Shown: piece after piece, positions 1 through 9,027 of the stretch
How the letters are laid out: each line of letters opens with the position of its first letter
Numbering within the stretch: the stretch's first letter is position 1
From: Mangrovibacterium sp.
GTDB lineage: Bacteria > Bacteroidota > Bacteroidia > Bacteroidales > Prolixibacteraceae
Length of the DNA: 64,000 nt
Assembly (NCBI GenBank): GCA_047972415.1
Contig: JBKEAN010000056.1
Coordinates: forward strand, 9,111 to 73,110
Direction of reading: 5' to 3'
Notes under the pieces: generated by a model
Databases searched by the model: none
What the model was told of the DNA's origin: nothing
The model's input: the letters and a program-made list of their open reading frames with translations, nothing else
Made by a program: the position numbers and the translations under genes

Positions 1-399
1 GGCATAATATTCACCAAACATTTTGGCTGTAGCAACAGAAGCCGGCGTTCCCCTTACGATCTGATTAGCTGCTTCCCAGGCAGTTATTGTGGATGAAAAC
101 AGCAAGTAAACAGACAAACCTGCGAGTATTGCCCCTGCAAATTGGGCACAAAAGTATACGGGCAGTTTGGACAAGCTCATCCGGCCCGCGATGACCATTC
201 CGATTGAAACCGCCGGATTTAAGTGGGCACATGACAAATGGCGAGTCAGGTAGATAGCCAGCATAACGCCAATGCCCCAACTAATCCCGATTTGCAAGAT
301 GCCGGTATACGCACCGAACAATATAGAAACCGCAACGGATCCACATCCGAAAAGAACAAGGATGAATGTTCCGGTAAGCTCGCCAATAAAGCCTTTCAT
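1..399 (-). CDS. MIP family channel (aquaporin/glycerol facilitator), 3' end outside window
   Basis: Not in the ORF track because it is truncated. Manual translation from ATG at 399 gives MKGFIGELTGTFILVLFGCGSVAV...WGIGVMLAIYLTRHLSCAHLNPAVSIG, with the first NPA box and hydrophobic helices. The frame stays open to position 1. Confidence 0.9.
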   Translation of the reverse strand, partial: MKGFIGELTGTFILVLFGCGSVAVSILFGAYTGILQIGISWGIGVMLAIYLTRHLSCAHLNPAVSIGMVIAGRMSLSKLPVYFCAQFAGAILAGLSVYLLFSSTITAWEAANQIVRGTPASVATAKMFGEYYA

Positions 400-428
400 C
401 AGTTGCTGAATATTAATGCAGACATGAT

Positions 429-1706
429 TTATTGAATTTGATAAGCCATCAGCGCGCCGCCGTGGCGAATGTACAGAACACCATTGTGTATAACCGGATG
501 CGACCAGTGCGGGCCCTGCCCTTTTGTAATGGAAAACTCGCTAACCACTTTGAATGCTTCGGGGCTCGCTTCAACCAAGCCAACATATCCGCGCCGCTCG
601 TCGTAGCAGTAAAGCATATTATCGGCGGTAATAATGGCTCCCTTACTTTTCCCGGCTCCCCAATCGGTCATGTATTTTGTTTCGCCACTATTCCAGTCCA
701 CAGCCACCCAGTTGCCCTTGTTGTTGTTAATCCAATTTGAACCATAAACTGTTCCGTTAACTAAAACAAAACCTCCCAGGTGTGTATCCAAATCTGTATT
801 TCGCCAGAGCAAGCTTGCCTGGTTCAATTCGTCGTTGAGTTGAAGCAGGAACGAATTCATATCGTACCCGTTGGAAACAAATAGTTTTCCATCGCTGAAC
901 ACCGGAGTGTTTGGCGATATTTTTTCCCACCCGTGTTCCTCTGCATTTTGCCCGAAGTCGTTAAAACGCCACTTGATTTCGCCATCTTCCGGGTTAACAC
1001 CAATGAGTTCTTTTCCGGTTAATGCAATGATTTGCTGCTTGCCGTTGTAGTTGATTAACAGCGGCGACGCGTAATTGCAAATTTCATCCAAAGGCTCGCT
1101 TTTCCAGATTGTTTCCCCGTTTTCAGCATTCAGCGCCACGATGGCAGTTTGGTCGCCACCAGGAGAAAAAATCACTTTGTTGTCAAAAACCAACGGAGAC
1201 TCGGAAACGCCCCAGGTACCGGTTTTAACGCCAAATTCAGTCGGGCCATCTACTTTCCATAGAATATCCCCCGATTTTGTATCGATACAAACAACCTCGC
1301 CAATACCGCTGACAACATAGGCCCTTGTTCCCACAATGGTTGGTGTGGTCCGCGTTTCAGGGTAGGTTTTTAACCAGGGTGTACCATAGGTGATCTCGTA
1401 TTCTTTTTTGCCGTCAAGTGTGTAGGCCGAAAAAATCTCTTTGTCTTCCGCCTCGTTCATCCCGGTAATGTACACATGGTCGTTGGCAATAACCGGCGAC
1501 GAGTACCCTTTTCCGGCATCTTCGGTTTCCCATAGTAGCTGCGGTCCCTCAGCGGGCCATTGTTTCAGCAGCCCGGTACCGGGGTAAACGCCATTGCGGT
1601 CGGGGCCACGCCAACCCTGCGGATTTTGTGCATTTAATTGAGCCGGGACAAATCCCGTAAGCATCAATATAAAAATGCAAAGGTTTGTGTTGATGTGTAA
1701 GTTCAT
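429..1706 (-). CDS. PQQ-binding-like/BamB-family beta-propeller protein, secreted
   Basis: Signal peptide, WRGPDRNG motif, repeated 'GxxxW' blade ends, SSP/ESP motifs, C-terminal HPVIHNGVLYIR. Confidence 0.85.
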   Translation of the reverse strand: MNLHINTNLCIFILMLTGFVPAQLNAQNPQGWRGPDRNGVYPGTGLLKQWPAEGPQLLWETEDAGKGYSSPVIANDHVYITGMNEAEDKEIFSAYTLDGKKEYEITYGTPWLKTYPETRTTPTIVGTRAYVVSGIGEVVCIDTKSGDILWKVDGPTEFGVKTGTWGVSESPLVFDNKVIFSPGGDQTAIVALNAENGETIWKSEPLDEICNYASPLLINYNGKQQIIALTGKELIGVNPEDGEIKWRFNDFGQNAEEHGWEKISPNTPVFSDGKLFVSNGYDMNSFLLQLNDELNQASLLWRNTDLDTHLGGFVLVNGTVYGSNWINNNKGNWVAVDWNSGETKYMTDWGAGKSKGAIITADNMLYCYDERRGYVGLVEASPEAFKVVSEFSITKGQGPHWSHPVIHNGVLYIRHGGALMAYQIQ

Positions 1707-1717
1707 TTGTTTTTTTA

Positions 1718-2995
1718 TTAATACTTTTTATTCACTATGTTCTCGTACAATTCGTATAGTTTTTCGGCGGTAATTGCAGCGTTGTACCTGGTTAGTCCCA
1801 GCTGTTTTGCCCGGTGTTTCAGTTCGTTATATTTTTTCTGATTTGTGAGAGCCTGTTCCAACGCATCAGCCAAAAGCTCCGGCGTATTGGGATGATAAAG
1901 GATGCCGGCATCAGCAACAATTTCAGGTATCGATCCGGTTTCGGGTACAACGGCCGGAACACCAGCTGCAAATGCTTCGCACAAGTACAGCCCAATGCCT
2001 TCGTCGAAGGTGATGGGAACGGAAATCACCGAGATGGATTGGTAAAATGCTTTGTGATCGTCCAAACTGTACCCTTCGCTAAACTCAACATCATTGCGGT
2101 AAGCGGACAGCTTATTTTGAAGTTCTTTTAAATACTTTTTATCCTGCGCATTAAATCCGCCCCCTACTTTCAGTTTCAGGCCGGGGATGGCATTTTTCTG
2201 TTTCAAACGGACGAATGCATCAACTAAAATATGAAGGCCGTTTTTTTCATTCATCCGGTAAAAGAATCCAATGACCGGTTCTTTCAACTCCGGCGAATTG
2301 GCATATTTTTCTTCCTCAAACCCGGGATAAACAACTTCTATTGCGTTGATTTTTCCAATTTTTTGTTCCGCTATTGAGCGATAATAATTGCTGGTTGCAA
2401 TCAGTTTGTCAACATACCGGGTATTTTCGGCAATTTGCTGCCAGGCCAGGTTCGCATAGATATCGTCCATTTCGTCAATCCAAACCTCTTCATCCTGAAG
2501 CGAACACACCATCGGAATTTCGAGTTTCTCGCGCAGGAATTTGGCTATCCCAATCAGCAGTGAACTGGAAAGGTGAATGATATCCGGCTTTTCGATTGTT
2601 TTAATCCAGTCGGCCATTCGGCTTATTTCGGTTTGAAATGCAGCGTCTTCGCCATTTATCATCGATAAAGTCATCCCTTCAAGGCCTTTAGGCGAGGTAG
2701 TCCCCGCTTTGGAAGCCGCATAATTCAGCATAAAGGCTGACCCGGCAACCCGCTCGATGACAGCAGGTATTTTACTGTTTTTGAAATATTTATGGGCAAG
2801 ATAGTACGTTGTTGCCGGAAAAAACAAGGGGCTGTTCGATTGAAACGACCGGTGCTTAAGCGGAAGGTAAAGCGGCGATATAATAACGTCGTGCCCTGCC
2901 TTGCGCAAAGCGGATGCGTACAAGTTATCGCGAAAGCAATTTCCGCAATAAAAATTGTCGCCAGCACCGGGTATAATAAAAAGTACCTTCATCAT
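1718..2995 (-). CDS. Glycosyltransferase family 4 (GT-B) with N-terminal CxxC
   Basis: C-terminal EGIGLYLCEAFAAGVP (E-x7-E) signature; FYCGNCFRD near the N-terminus. Confidence 0.85.
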   Translation of the reverse strand: MMKVLFIIPGAGDNFYCGNCFRDNLYASALRKAGHDVIISPLYLPLKHRSFQSNSPLFFPATTYYLAHKYFKNSKIPAVIERVAGSAFMLNYAASKAGTTSPKGLEGMTLSMINGEDAAFQTEISRMADWIKTIEKPDIIHLSSSLLIGIAKFLREKLEIPMVCSLQDEEVWIDEMDDIYANLAWQQIAENTRYVDKLIATSNYYRSIAEQKIGKINAIEVVYPGFEEEKYANSPELKEPVIGFFYRMNEKNGLHILVDAFVRLKQKNAIPGLKLKVGGGFNAQDKKYLKELQNKLSAYRNDVEFSEGYSLDDHKAFYQSISVISVPITFDEGIGLYLCEAFAAGVPAVVPETGSIPEIVADAGILYHPNTPELLADALEQALTNQKKYNELKHRAKQLGLTRYNAAITAEKLYELYENIVNKKY

Positions 2996-3005
2996 CCGTT
3001 TCTTT

Positions 3006-6000
3006 TCAATTGTTTTCTACAAAATTACCAGTTTGGTGGTCAATCGCCTGAACCTCGCGACGTACTATCTTTTTAATAAAAAGTAAGATACTGGTGAGAA
3101 ACAGGACACTAAGAATAGAAGCTGTTAGCCAAACCGAAAAGCTGATGCTTTGTAGGCTTGGGGCAACGGCAACCAACGAGGCTACAACACCCGTAACTAA
3201 CGCTGAAACAGGGACTAACAAATTCTCGCGATACAGTAAATCAATAATTTTGGCGAAACTAAAGCCGAGCGTAAAATATAAACCGATCTCTGCTTTTCGG
3301 GCAGCAAGGTTTTTCCGGATAACAATAACGAAAGCCATAATTCCCAGAAGCAATCCCAGCCCGCCCAACGACAGGAATATGCTGAGGTAGGTATCGGTAA
3401 CGCTATTAAATTGCCGCAGGCGATCGTTCGTTGCCGAAACACGAACACCATACTCGCTCAATGCCTGGGCAAACAAGTGTTTGGTTGGAGCGGTTTCGTC
3501 TTCCCCTGTTTTTATCAGAAAAACTTCATTCCCCGAATTTTCGGGCCATATGCTTGCAAATAGGGCCCGGTCCATCAGTACATTTCCCTGAAAAACGGAA
3601 TTATCAATCGTCCCTACGATTTGAACACGGATATCTTTTCCGTTTTCAGTACCATAGTGCAGGGTATCGCCAATACTTTTCACCAAACTCCATTGCAGCA
3701 CGGTTGCATCCACCAGAACCGGATAAACAGAATCAACCGCTGTTGACATGCTGGCGAAAAGTTGTTCCCTGGGTTGGTTATTCAGGCTTTTCTGAATTTT
3801 GAAATCGCTGGCAGCGAATTGCCCCATGTTTATGCCCAAAATCGTAGGCGTACTTACTTTATTCAGGTTCAGGCAGCTGGCTTCGTCTGCCTGCTTACGC
3901 AGGCATTGCAAAATTTCGGTTCCGGCCGGAAGCTCTGCAAGGCCAAGCTTCGTTTGCCCCTGAGGGCTGTTCAAATCATGGTAAACCGGAATACTACTTT
4001 CGCACCACAAGGTGTAGCCACCGGTCCCCGCCGCGATTTTTGACGGGTCGGCGAAGCTTTGGCGGTTAAGCCCCACTGCAAAAACGACAAAAACACCAGT
4101 TGCCAGCGAGAAAAAAGCCAGAAAAGCTTGCTTCTTGTTGAACCGGATAGTTTTCCACTTCAGTATCCCGGTTCCTAAGCCGGGAACGGGGCTGTTTCCG
4201 GCGTACGCCAGCCGGTAATTGCCCCAAAGTGCTGCCGTTCCAATCAGGCATGCACCCGCCGCCACAAACAGCGCTAACGATTGTAACAGAATGATATTAA
4301 GAACGATAACAAACAGACACAGCAAGCTCGCAACAACAGCCCACAACCGAAGGCGATTAGGCAAAAATGCTGACCGAACGGCTTTCTTTTGTTTCATGCT
4401 CCGGAAAATAACGCGGTAAACGAGAACAAACGCGAGAATAACTCCCGAGGCTACACTGATTAAAATTGACCGGAAACTAAGGTAAACCGCAAAGCCTTCG
4501 GTGTGCGTGGCGCCTTGCCAAACATTTCCGAGCAGCCACATAATAAGTGCAGTATAAACAAAGCCCAAAATAACGCCGCCAATTGCAGAAGCGAAAATAA
4601 CAGGTGCCGATTCAGCGAGCAGTATCCAGACGATTCGGCTTGGCGTGTAACCCAGTGCTTTCAATAGGTCGAATTCGGGTTTACGTTGAAAAATCATTTC
4701 GGAGAACGGTATCATCAGCAACAAGGTAGCCGATAGGATTATAAAAAATCCCAGCGAAAGGAAAAGACTTGAAAAATCGACCCCGTTTTGAGCAGCGTAT
4801 AGTCCGGTTTCCCGTGGGTAAATAAGCTGAACGCCAAATTGTTCAGCTGTCAGCATGGAGAGGTTCGGCTTGTCGCCTTCAACCCGTACCGAAGTTGCAC
4901 TGCCATAAGCATTTTTCCATTTGCTGCCAATTGCCTGGTATGAAATAATGGCTTTAGGGGTGCTACGGTATTTTTCCCAATAGGCCTCGTCTTCCTTGGT
5001 TATTCGCTTCATGTCAAGCGGCAAATCGCTATCCCAGTCCGTGCAACGGTCAACATTTGACAGCCCGGGAAAATTGGCGCTAAGTGTGCGGTCGGCCTGC
5101 AATTCGGCAATCGGGACTATTTTGCTTACAACCGCCATGACAGAATCTTCCCGAAGGTTTTTCATGAATGTTGACTGATAAAAGCGGACCCAGATTGAAT
5201 CTCCCAGTTGGGTCCCAAGCCGTTGCGCCGAATAATCGGAAAGAATAACTTCGTTGCTGGCCAAAACCTTACCATCAAACGAGTCAAGCGCGGTAACAAA
5301 AGAGTAGAGAATGGATTCGCCGGATTTGCGGATGGAATTAGCCAAGTACGAGAACAGCCGGTTTGTATGCGCATTGCCATTGCAAATTGATGTCACCACA
5401 TTTTCGGGAAGAAAAACCCGGTCCGAAGTCATTTCGGTGAATGAGGCAAACGGGCTTGTTTGTAAGCCCGAGACAGACCCGGTCCAGCCTGCATTTAAAT
5501 CTGAAACCGAAATTTTCTTGTTCGCCAAAACGAGGTTTATTTTACCGGGCACCCCGGTTATTTCGGCCAGCTCTTTTCGGCTCATAAACAAGTTGAACGG
5601 AATAAGCTGTTCATTTTTTAAACTGCTGTTTCCGCCTTCGTTTGCCGGAACAATTCCAGTGAGCGAAAGCCGAAGACTCGTCGTATAATTCTCGCTCACA
5701 AATAACGATCCGCTTGGAATCAGTCCCGGGGCCGGTATCCGAAGTACCAGCGTTTCCGATTCTTTCAGGCCTGTTTCATTGGCCAGCGCCGAATTTATTT
5801 TCGCTTGTCCCTGCTGTAAATTCATGTCGTCAACCCCCCACACAAACGCCGGGATCAGACGCCCGTTGACAGAAATAAAACCCTCGATAAGTAATATGCC
5901 CCTGGCCGAGGGGCCCCAAAGTGGATTTGCCGCAAACTGCTCCGTCAGAAAGCCATATTGAGGAAAAATAATGGTTTCTGTAGTTCCCAGTCTCTCTGTC

Positions 6001-6149
6001 ACCCGGTTAACAAGCGTTGTGCGTACCGAGTTGCCCGTGAGCAAGCTGCCTGCAATCACCGCAATGGCGATAACGATGGCAACTGCCCCGAGTTTGTAGT
6101 AGCGGGAGTAGTGGCGAACGCTTTTATATGTCAGTGTCCGGTAGTTCAC
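3006..6149 (-). CDS. ABC transporter permease, double FtsX/MacB-type
   Basis: 1047 aa with two large soluble loops and two FtsX-like TM blocks (RKPEFDLLKALGY, RKAEIGLYFTLGF). Confidence 0.85.
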   Translation of the reverse strand: MNYRTLTYKSVRHYSRYYKLGAVAIVIAIAVIAGSLLTGNSVRTTLVNRVTERLGTTETIIFPQYGFLTEQFAANPLWGPSARGILLIEGFISVNGRLIPAFVWGVDDMNLQQGQAKINSALANETGLKESETLVLRIPAPGLIPSGSLFVSENYTTSLRLSLTGIVPANEGGNSSLKNEQLIPFNLFMSRKELAEITGVPGKINLVLANKKISVSDLNAGWTGSVSGLQTSPFASFTEMTSDRVFLPENVVTSICNGNAHTNRLFSYLANSIRKSGESILYSFVTALDSFDGKVLASNEVILSDYSAQRLGTQLGDSIWVRFYQSTFMKNLREDSVMAVVSKIVPIAELQADRTLSANFPGLSNVDRCTDWDSDLPLDMKRITKEDEAYWEKYRSTPKAIISYQAIGSKWKNAYGSATSVRVEGDKPNLSMLTAEQFGVQLIYPRETGLYAAQNGVDFSSLFLSLGFFIILSATLLLMIPFSEMIFQRKPEFDLLKALGYTPSRIVWILLAESAPVIFASAIGGVILGFVYTALIMWLLGNVWQGATHTEGFAVYLSFRSILISVASGVILAFVLVYRVIFRSMKQKKAVRSAFLPNRLRLWAVVASLLCLFVIVLNIILLQSLALFVAAGACLIGTAALWGNYRLAYAGNSPVPGLGTGILKWKTIRFNKKQAFLAFFSLATGVFVVFAVGLNRQSFADPSKIAAGTGGYTLWCESSIPVYHDLNSPQGQTKLGLAELPAGTEILQCLRKQADEASCLNLNKVSTPTILGINMGQFAASDFKIQKSLNNQPREQLFASMSTAVDSVYPVLVDATVLQWSLVKSIGDTLHYGTENGKDIRVQIVGTIDNSVFQGNVLMDRALFASIWPENSGNEVFLIKTGEDETAPTKHLFAQALSEYGVRVSATNDRLRQFNSVTDTYLSIFLSLGGLGLLLGIMAFVIVIRKNLAARKAEIGLYFTLGFSFAKIIDLLYRENLLVPVSALVTGVVASLVAVAPSLQSISFSVWLTASILSVLFLTSILLFIKKIVRREVQAIDHQTGNFVENN

Positions 6150-6817
6150 TGTAGCTTCCCTTCTTTTAACGTAAGAATCCGTTTGGCAACAGAAGACGTT
6201 TCGTCGGAATGGGTGACCATTAAAATCGTGGTGTTCAATATCCGGTTGACCTCCACCAGCAGGTTCGCAATGTTCTGTGCATTTTCCCGATCCAACTGCC
6301 CGGTCGGTTCGTCAGCCAACAGTATTGTCGGGTTCATTATCAGGGCCCTGCAAACAGCAACGCGGCTCGCTTCGCCTCCCGATAAGGTTTCGGGGTACTG
6401 GTTGGCAACGCCTTCAATTTTTGTTAGTTTCATCAATTTTTCGGCGTAAGCTTCGTCTTCAGGGCTTGTTTGTTTCTTTTGGGCGAGCACGGGCAATAAA
6501 ATGTTTTCCAGCGCTGTATATTGCGGCATCAACCTGTGGTTTTGAAAAACAAAACCGATTTGCCGGTTTCTCACTAACGAAAGGTCTGTACCCACCAACG
6601 CTAGGTTTTTTCCGTCTAAATGGTAACTGCCTTCATCGGGAGGCAACAAGGTTCCCAAAATAGACAGCAGCGTTGTTTTGCCCGATCCTGATGCTCCTTT
6701 TATGGCAACAAAGTCGCCTTGTTCAATTTCGAGGTTAAGCCCCCGAAGCACGTGAGTTGTTTTCAACTTACCGTCGCTGAAGCTTTTATGAATAGTTGAC
6801 AAGTGGATTAAGGCCAT
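6146..6817 (-). CDS. ABC transporter ATP-binding protein (LolD/MacB-like)
   Basis: Walker A GASGSGKT, LSGGE signature, Walker B ILLADEPTG, H-loop VTH. Confidence 0.95.
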   Translation of the reverse strand: MALIHLSTIHKSFSDGKLKTTHVLRGLNLEIEQGDFVAIKGASGSGKTTLLSILGTLLPPDEGSYHLDGKNLALVGTDLSLVRNRQIGFVFQNHRLMPQYTALENILLPVLAQKKQTSPEDEAYAEKLMKLTKIEGVANQYPETLSGGEASRVAVCRALIMNPTILLADEPTGQLDRENAQNIANLLVEVNRILNTTILMVTHSDETSSVAKRILTLKEGKLQ

Positions 6818-6828
6818 TTTGTTCCGGA

Positions 6829-8007
6829 TTATTTTTTTGTTTTTTCAGGCTTTTCGCCAAAGCAAAAAAGTGTGCCTTTGGCTGTTAAAATCATAACGTG
6901 TTTGCTAATAACGGCGGGCGAACCAACTATTTGCTCGCCAGTATCGTATTCCCACAGCTGTTCTCCGGTTTCGGCGTGGTGGATGGTTACAATTCCGGTT
7001 TTTGTACACGCAATAACTTTGTTGTTGCATACCAAAGGAGAGCTTTCACCAGTGTCGCCTTTCAGCAAAAACTTCCAGTTGATGTTGCCTGTTTTTCGGC
7101 TAACCGAGTACAAGTTTCTGTCGTCGCCAAGGTAATACAGGTTTTCGTTGTCGAGGGCCGGGGAAGCGAACATAGCGCCATTGTCGGAATTGGCGGAAAC
7201 CAGCTTTTTGCTCCGGGCTATTTTCCCGTTTTCGAGCTGAACTTCGTAAATGTCGCCGGCATAATCGGCAACGTAACAAAAGTTACCCATAATGGCAGGC
7301 GACGCCGGTATGTATGCATCCAGAAGTAATGAATCGGTTACCGTTCCTGTTTGATAATCAATCACCCGCAGCCAGGCATCGCAGCCGCCAAACACGAGGT
7401 AGTTTTTCCACAACGCTGCAGCCCCGTTAATGTAGTAACCCGATTCGAAACGGTTCGTTTTTTTTCCGCTGTGGCTGTCAACACAATAAAAATAATTGTC
7501 GTAACTGCCAAAAACAATTAGTTGTTTGTCGTTGAGCGCTCCCAGGTTGGGCGAAGCTGAAATTTGCCCGAGCGTTTCAAAATTCCAGATTGTATCGTTC
7601 GCAGCAAGGGAGATTGCCGTCATTTTCCCGTCAATCCGCCCAATGTACAATACAGAATCGTGAATCATGGGCGTTGCTTCAACCGCCGTATTCAGTTTAT
7701 ATTCGAAGCTGAGTTCTCCTTTCAAACTAACACCTTTTACGTATCCCCTATTATCGCACCAATAGCTTGTTCCATTGTCGATTACCGGGGAGCTAACGGT
7801 TCTGGCCCCTCCGTTATATGACCATAAAAGAACCGGGGTTTCGGGGAGCGTTTGCGCCGAATAGCCACTTAAACCTGCATTTCCCCGAAAAAGCTTCCAG
7901 TTGAGATCATTCGACCGACTTCTGTTCGAAGTGGATAAATTACACCCCAACACCGCCAATAGCAAAATGACGACTGCGTTCAGCCGAAAGAAACTTCTCT
8001 TGTTCAT
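6829..8007 (-). CDS. PQQ-like beta-propeller lipoprotein
   Basis: Lipobox-like LAVLGC, WKLFRGN motif, repeated SSP/ASP blade motifs. Confidence 0.85.
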   Translation of the reverse strand: MNKRSFFRLNAVVILLLAVLGCNLSTSNRSRSNDLNWKLFRGNAGLSGYSAQTLPETPVLLWSYNGGARTVSSPVIDNGTSYWCDNRGYVKGVSLKGELSFEYKLNTAVEATPMIHDSVLYIGRIDGKMTAISLAANDTIWNFETLGQISASPNLGALNDKQLIVFGSYDNYFYCVDSHSGKKTNRFESGYYINGAAALWKNYLVFGGCDAWLRVIDYQTGTVTDSLLLDAYIPASPAIMGNFCYVADYAGDIYEVQLENGKIARSKKLVSANSDNGAMFASPALDNENLYYLGDDRNLYSVSRKTGNINWKFLLKGDTGESSPLVCNNKVIACTKTGIVTIHHAETGEQLWEYDTGEQIVGSPAVISKHVMILTAKGTLFCFGEKPEKTKK

Positions 8008-8990
8008 GGTTCAACTCTTACTTTACGATTGAGATAAAGTGCACCGGTTGGACATAATCCAGCTAGGGTTTCGCTGACGTTTCCTTTGTTTTCGTCGGGG
8101 ATTAATACTTCCATTCCGAATCCCCGTTCTTTAAATGTAAAACCGTTGGTGCTGTTGTAAACACACAAGCCGCAACGAATACACTTGGACTGCTCGAACC
8201 ACATATCGCCGGTAATGTGTACCCGGTTCATTGCCGGAAGTGCGGACGACAATCCGTATTGAGGGCGCTTTATCCGGGCGGTCGATGCAAATTCCCGAAG
8301 CTTGCAGTCCGTTTTTGCGGCACAGGCACAGTGCAGGCACCTGGATGTTGTTGTTACAGTGGCAATCAACCGTTCCTTTTCGCGGTCCGAAAACCGCCCG
8401 AGTTTGGATTGAAACTGTTTCGGATCCACCCGGTATTTTTCCACCTCTACGGTGTAATCGTCGTTAGTAAACAGGTGCACCACTTCCCGGATGATTTTCC
8501 GGATTTCAACCGTGCGGTCAACAGTACCCCGGCGACAAGCTTTTTCGCACGGGGCTTTGCAGGTATCACAATCCACCACGGGAAGTTTAAATGCTCCCGA
8601 TATTACGTTAAAAGCTGAGCGGTTGTCGCCCCGATCGTAGCATGACAACATTTTTTCCACATCCAGCCCGCTCGGGCAAACCATCGAGCAGGGCGCTTCG
8701 CAGTCGGCACGGTGATCGCTCAGCAACAACTCGAGCGACATGGCTCGGATTTGTTGTAACTCGGCACTTTCGCTGTCAATTTGAAGGCCGTCGGTTGCAA
8801 GCGTTGAACATGACGGTATAATTTGACCATTTACCTGGTTTTTAACTGCACAAACCATGCACGACGCTTTATGATGTACGCCGTCGGCATAGCAAAGCCG
8901 GGGAATGGCGTAACCATTTCTTTCAGCAATTTTTAAGATGCTTTCTCCTTCCTGAAAAGCTACGGGTATGTTGTTAAGTATTAGTTGCAT
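8004..8990 (-). CDS. Multi-FeS protein (NuoG/HydA N-terminal-like [2Fe-2S] plus 4Fe-4S motifs), no catalytic domain
   Basis: IPRLC...SCMVC...PSC [2Fe-2S]; HRADCEAPCSMVCP; CDTCKAPCEKACRR; RCLHCAC; CIRCGLC...CPTGAL. Start placed at MQLILNN (8990). Confidence 0.8.
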   Translation of the reverse strand: MQLILNNIPVAFQEGESILKIAERNGYAIPRLCYADGVHHKASCMVCAVKNQVNGQIIPSCSTLATDGLQIDSESAELQQIRAMSLELLLSDHRADCEAPCSMVCPSGLDVEKMLSCYDRGDNRSAFNVISGAFKLPVVDCDTCKAPCEKACRRGTVDRTVEIRKIIREVVHLFTNDDYTVEVEKYRVDPKQFQSKLGRFSDREKERLIATVTTTSRCLHCACAAKTDCKLREFASTARIKRPQYGLSSALPAMNRVHITGDMWFEQSKCIRCGLCVYNSTNGFTFKERGFGMEVLIPDENKGNVSETLAGLCPTGALYLNRKVRVEP

Positions 8991-9027
8991 TGTTTTTTTG
9001 CTTAAAAACGAATTTGGTACCAGGTGA

